Both the position numbers and the translations under genes were made by a program. A stretch of DNA of 64,000 nucleotides from the human T2T-CHM13v2.0 reference genome, Homo sapiens: NCBI RefSeq assembly GCF_009914755.1, contig NC_060935.1. The stretch is one strand, 5' to 3'. Shown in pieces: positions 60,087 to 64,000 of this stretch. How positions within the stretch are numbered: the stretch's first letter is position 1; every line of letters begins with the position of its first letter. Under the pieces are notes generated by a model that searched no databases, had not been told where the DNA came from, and saw nothing but the letters and a program-made list of their open reading frames with translations.

Positions 60087-62129
60087 GTAAGTCCTGGATG
60101 CAGCTGGTCACAGCTGCGCAGTGTGAGCTTAGTCACCTGGAAAGAGGCAGACAGAGGGGCGGGGGCTGGCCCAGACTGTTTCCAAGGACAGTAAGGGCCT
60201 CCTGGAAGCAGACCCAGCCTTTGGAGTTTGGGGAGGATTAGGATCCTTGCTTTGTGAAGACTGCTTTTCAGAACCGTAGTTAGAGAACCTCATCTCTGCT
60301 CACCGGCTGTGGTTTTATTAGTAAGTAGAGAGGAACTAATATATATCTACAATCTGATTTTTTTTACAGCATCGTTTAGCATGTCTTTCCCTTGAATAAA
60401 CAACATTATCTCACAGGGAGTTCATTTGAAAGGTGTAATGATCCTCCCTCCAGATCCTTCAATAACTCCTCCTCCCGGAGTCTTTTGCTGAAAGCAAGGG
60501 TGTGTATATCCTAGTGGAAAAATCTGTTTAATCATCCCTGGAACCTTGGGATTCTATTTTGCTTTTTTGCTTCATGAGAGATGAAATTGTAAATATCATA
60601 TCACATTAATTCAGGACCATTACAGATTCTTGCTTCTTTTAGATACCTCTCTGGAAGAGCTTGATATTAAAAATTTGCCTATATTAAATATAGTTTCTCA
60701 GGGGTCCCAGTGAAGTCTGGTTTACTTTCTCAGTTCTGTGGAATTCTCACTCCTCACAACAGTGGAGCAAAATAGATGTGTGAAGCTGACATGATTTATG
60801 CTTCTTTCACCTGCATTTTTTCATAGCAAATCGCTTGTCTTGGGGTTGTTAAAATTGTGCTTTAAGCCCTCTGAGTGGCATTTGGATTCCTGACACGGTG
60901 ATGTCAGCATCCCTTCTAAGACTGAAACTGGGTCTCCTGGTTTAATGGGCCCTTCCATGTTTGAATGGATTTTCTGGTCACTTTTGTAGAGGCTTTTCCC
61001 TTCACATCTGTATTTCTCCAAGAGGTAGTAGAGAAACAGCTGAGGCTGAGGCTGTGAGAGCCTTGATTCTGGTTAAAATGCTACATGTTGGCCAAAATGG
61101 GGTCTGTTCTTGATACACTTGGTGGCTGCTGGTAGATGGAGGTTCTTTTTGATTAAGCTAGTTAACAGATTTCAAAGCTGATCTGTATGTACTATAGCTG
61201 TGCGCTACAATCTATAAGACACTGCCATCTTTCAGATGAGCTGGAAGGCTGCTTGCAGTCATTCTGCCGTGGTTTGAATCTCATCCTTCTGATGAGCTCT
61301 GCGTCCTAAGTCTCCTTTCCATCCGGGGGAAAATGGGGGTGGGATAATATAAATAATGTGCCTACTACAGTGCCTGGCATATTTGGTAACGCTGTCAGTG
61401 GTGGCTTTAAGTATTAGGCAAGATTGCATCCTCTTTCTTTGGATAAATAGCATGGTCTGGTTCAGACACTCTATTGTGAGTTGAGTTGTAACGCCTCTAT
61501 ACCAGAGTTTGCAAACTCAAATTGCAGGACCAAGCAGGTAGCACATGTGAACTGAAAGGCTCCCATGGGGATTGTATCAAATAAGAGAACATACTTCTGT
61601 CTAAAAAGGGCCGCTAACTCAGGGCTACCTAAAAATAATCTGACAGGTGAAATCAGCAATGAAAAAGCCCAGACATTAGAAAATGGAGTTACCTGTTCGG
61701 CAGCTTTTACTGAACGAGGGGAGACCATTCAGTGTGGAGACCTCCAGTGTGCCCACTTGCCTTTGTACCAACTTTTCTCTGAGCATAAATGTAAAGGACG
61801 TCCGTTGGAAAGGAACCTTTGGGATGGCTTAGTCCAGCTACTCCATTATAAAGAAGAGAAGACTGGGGCCTGGAGAGGATGTGTCTTGTCTGAACCCTCA
61901 CGGGTGGTAGTTCTGTGGAAGCCTGGAGCAAAGGCCTGGCTCTCCTTGCTCCTGGCTCTTGCTGTGTCCATGTGTTGAAGAAGAAAGCAGCATAGCTAAA
62001 AGCGTTGGTGGGCCCGGGCTTTGGAACTCTGCCAGAAGAGCTCTTTGTGCTCCAACTTGGCTGGTGGCTTTAGGAGATATGGGAGGCTATAGAAATGATG
62101 TTTGGAACCAGTGTTGTTTCCACTTGGTG

Positions 62130-62310
62130 CCCTTTGCTCATCTCCCTATTTTATGTTTTCATTTGTGTCTAAGCTATGTTCTTGTCTGTTATGTCTACTG
62201 GATCTATGGTCAAGGCAGGGAAAACTCTGAATTCTCACTGTATCCCCACCGTCTTGCACAGTGCCTGGCACACAGGGGCAGTGGCTCAATGGATGAGATG
62301 AAGAAGTGAA
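62130..62310. mobile_element. L2 3' end
   Basis: ttcactgtatcccc-like...gcacagtgcctggcacacagg...ctcaatggatg. Confidence 0.7.
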
Positions 62311-64000
62311 TTCAAAGCCCTTGGCTAAGGGTCTAAAAATGTGGAGTTTATGAGAAGAAACATAGAAAATGTTTCATAAAATTCCTTCCACCTATACATT
62401 GGCTAAAAATATGTGAAGGTTATTTTAAAATCTGATCACTTATAACTCCAGTTACGTTCTTATCTGACTTGACCAATGTAGGGCATTTCATTAGTGGAGA
62501 AAAAGGTACATAGCTGTGATCTGGTTAGGAAATCATGCTTTTGTGTTGATTGTTCTGATGAATCAATGGAAGTATCTTCTAGCCATTTCTCTAGATGTTT
62601 CAGCCAAAGAAGTCAGGTATATCTGTGATAGGCTGTCTTAAAATTATTAAAAAACCAAAAAGATAGGGAAACCAGCCAAGCTCTGTGTCCCATATTCCTG
62701 TTAGTTTCCAGGAGGAGGCCGTGGGGTTGTTTTGCTTATTTCCCAAGGTTGTCAAACACAATGCTATCTCCAGCAACATTTTCAGAGCAATTTTGGAGCT
62801 GCTTTGAAAGTTTTATTGTGTAGAGTGAAGGTGAACTGGAGTGGCAAAACCTGGTGAGGAGAGAAGATGCCATCGTGGGTTCATTTATTCTTCTAGTCAT
62901 TCATATAAAAATCATTGATTCATTCAAAAGATGAAACCTGCTTTAATACTTTAAAAAATATCTTATTTTTAAGAGTGCTTTTGTGCCCAAAAATAACTTC
63001 TTAGAGTTAACTAGGATTTAATATTTAATCGAAGTTTTCCGTTTTTTATCTAGATTTTCTTAGAAATCACATCTATAAAACAAGTATTTTGTTCATAAAT
63101 TAAGATCATTTTCACTTGTTGTCAATTAGTACTTTATTCAGGCAACAGATTACACTTACCTACAAAATTAGTGCTGTTTGAAAGCTTGGATAATTAAATT
63201 TTCTTAAATATTTTAGACTGCATTTGTAAATTTAACATACCTGGTTTCCTTAAGCTCTTCAGATGTCTGACAGGGTAGATTTACCAGCCAAACAAGCAAA
63301 ATCTTTCTAAGCACTTAAGCAACTCTTGCAAATCAAATAAATTAAAGTTACAAATGTCACAAATTATTTTCATAAAGATTTCAATTCTTTTTACAACCGT
63401 AATCCAATTCTTAAACATTTCAGCTTAAAAGTCTCAAGTAAAAAATCAATAGTCATTTAAAATTGAAATCAGAAGACTGTTTTGTCAGATCCTGTTATAT
63501 GCTGTGTATTCTTTTAAATGTTATAAATACATACTGATTAACCCAATGATCACAAAGCCTTAATCTTAATATTATGATTTACTTCATCATTCTTTTTCAT
63601 CTTTTTAAACCTTTCCCAGATTTAAAATCACACACTCTGAAATAAGGGTAGTCGGTTTATCATCTCAGGTGGGCTCAGCGCCATCATATGGTTTTTCTCC
63701 GACTGTTTCAGGACCAGGACACAGGAATGGTCCAATCCTCTTCCAGGAATGATGGTTCCAGAATCATAGCTGCGTACACTGTAGTTCTTTCTGCTGTGTT
63801 ATCGAGGTCCCCAAGCCACTTCTCTGGAATTTCATTTCACCACATAGTAAACACGAATTCTCTAGGTTCCTTTCAAGTTGCTATCTTAATCACTTTTTGT
63901 AACTGCTTTCAACATTTATTGCCCGATTTGGGTCAGTGGACTTTTGTGCCTCATCCCAGGTTGTACCTAATTTCCTTTGTCACTTGATTAGATTCAACCA

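Noticed and set aside
63660-64000. 99-aa ORF / possible processed pseudogene at the window end
   Set aside because: Neither strand resembles a protein or mRNA I recognise.

Overview
Primate (human or great-ape-like) genomic DNA, almost entirely intronic, from the NAV2 (neuron navigator 2) gene on the + strand. One internal coding exon is directly readable (16763-16885, 123 nt, phase 2/2, YMTDGGLGLYTRRLNRLPDGMAVVRETLQRNTSLGLGDAD); the ORF track misses it. A likely alternative first coding exon ends at 55753 (MLWPRNLT + phase-2 donor), and a second candidate first exon ends at 60086. The rest is a typical interspersed-repeat landscape: more than 25 Alu elements or fragments (many with clear target-site duplications, TSDs), MIR, L2, L1 fragments, MaLR LTRs, and hAT/Tigger/Mariner MITEs including an intact MADE1. 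The ORF track is essentially noise (Alu-derived or random). I see no CRISPR array, RNA gene or new multi-gene system. The most unusual observations are: two roughly 90%-identical duplications of sequence I cannot assign to a repeat family (333-676 vs 38692-39035, the latter lying inside an Alu; 6134-6407 vs 8193-8463); uORF arrangements at the internal NAV2 start exons; and a candidate first exon whose phase-compatible frame is broken by one TGA. Repeat subfamily names are by-eye calls and old-repeat boundaries are approximate.
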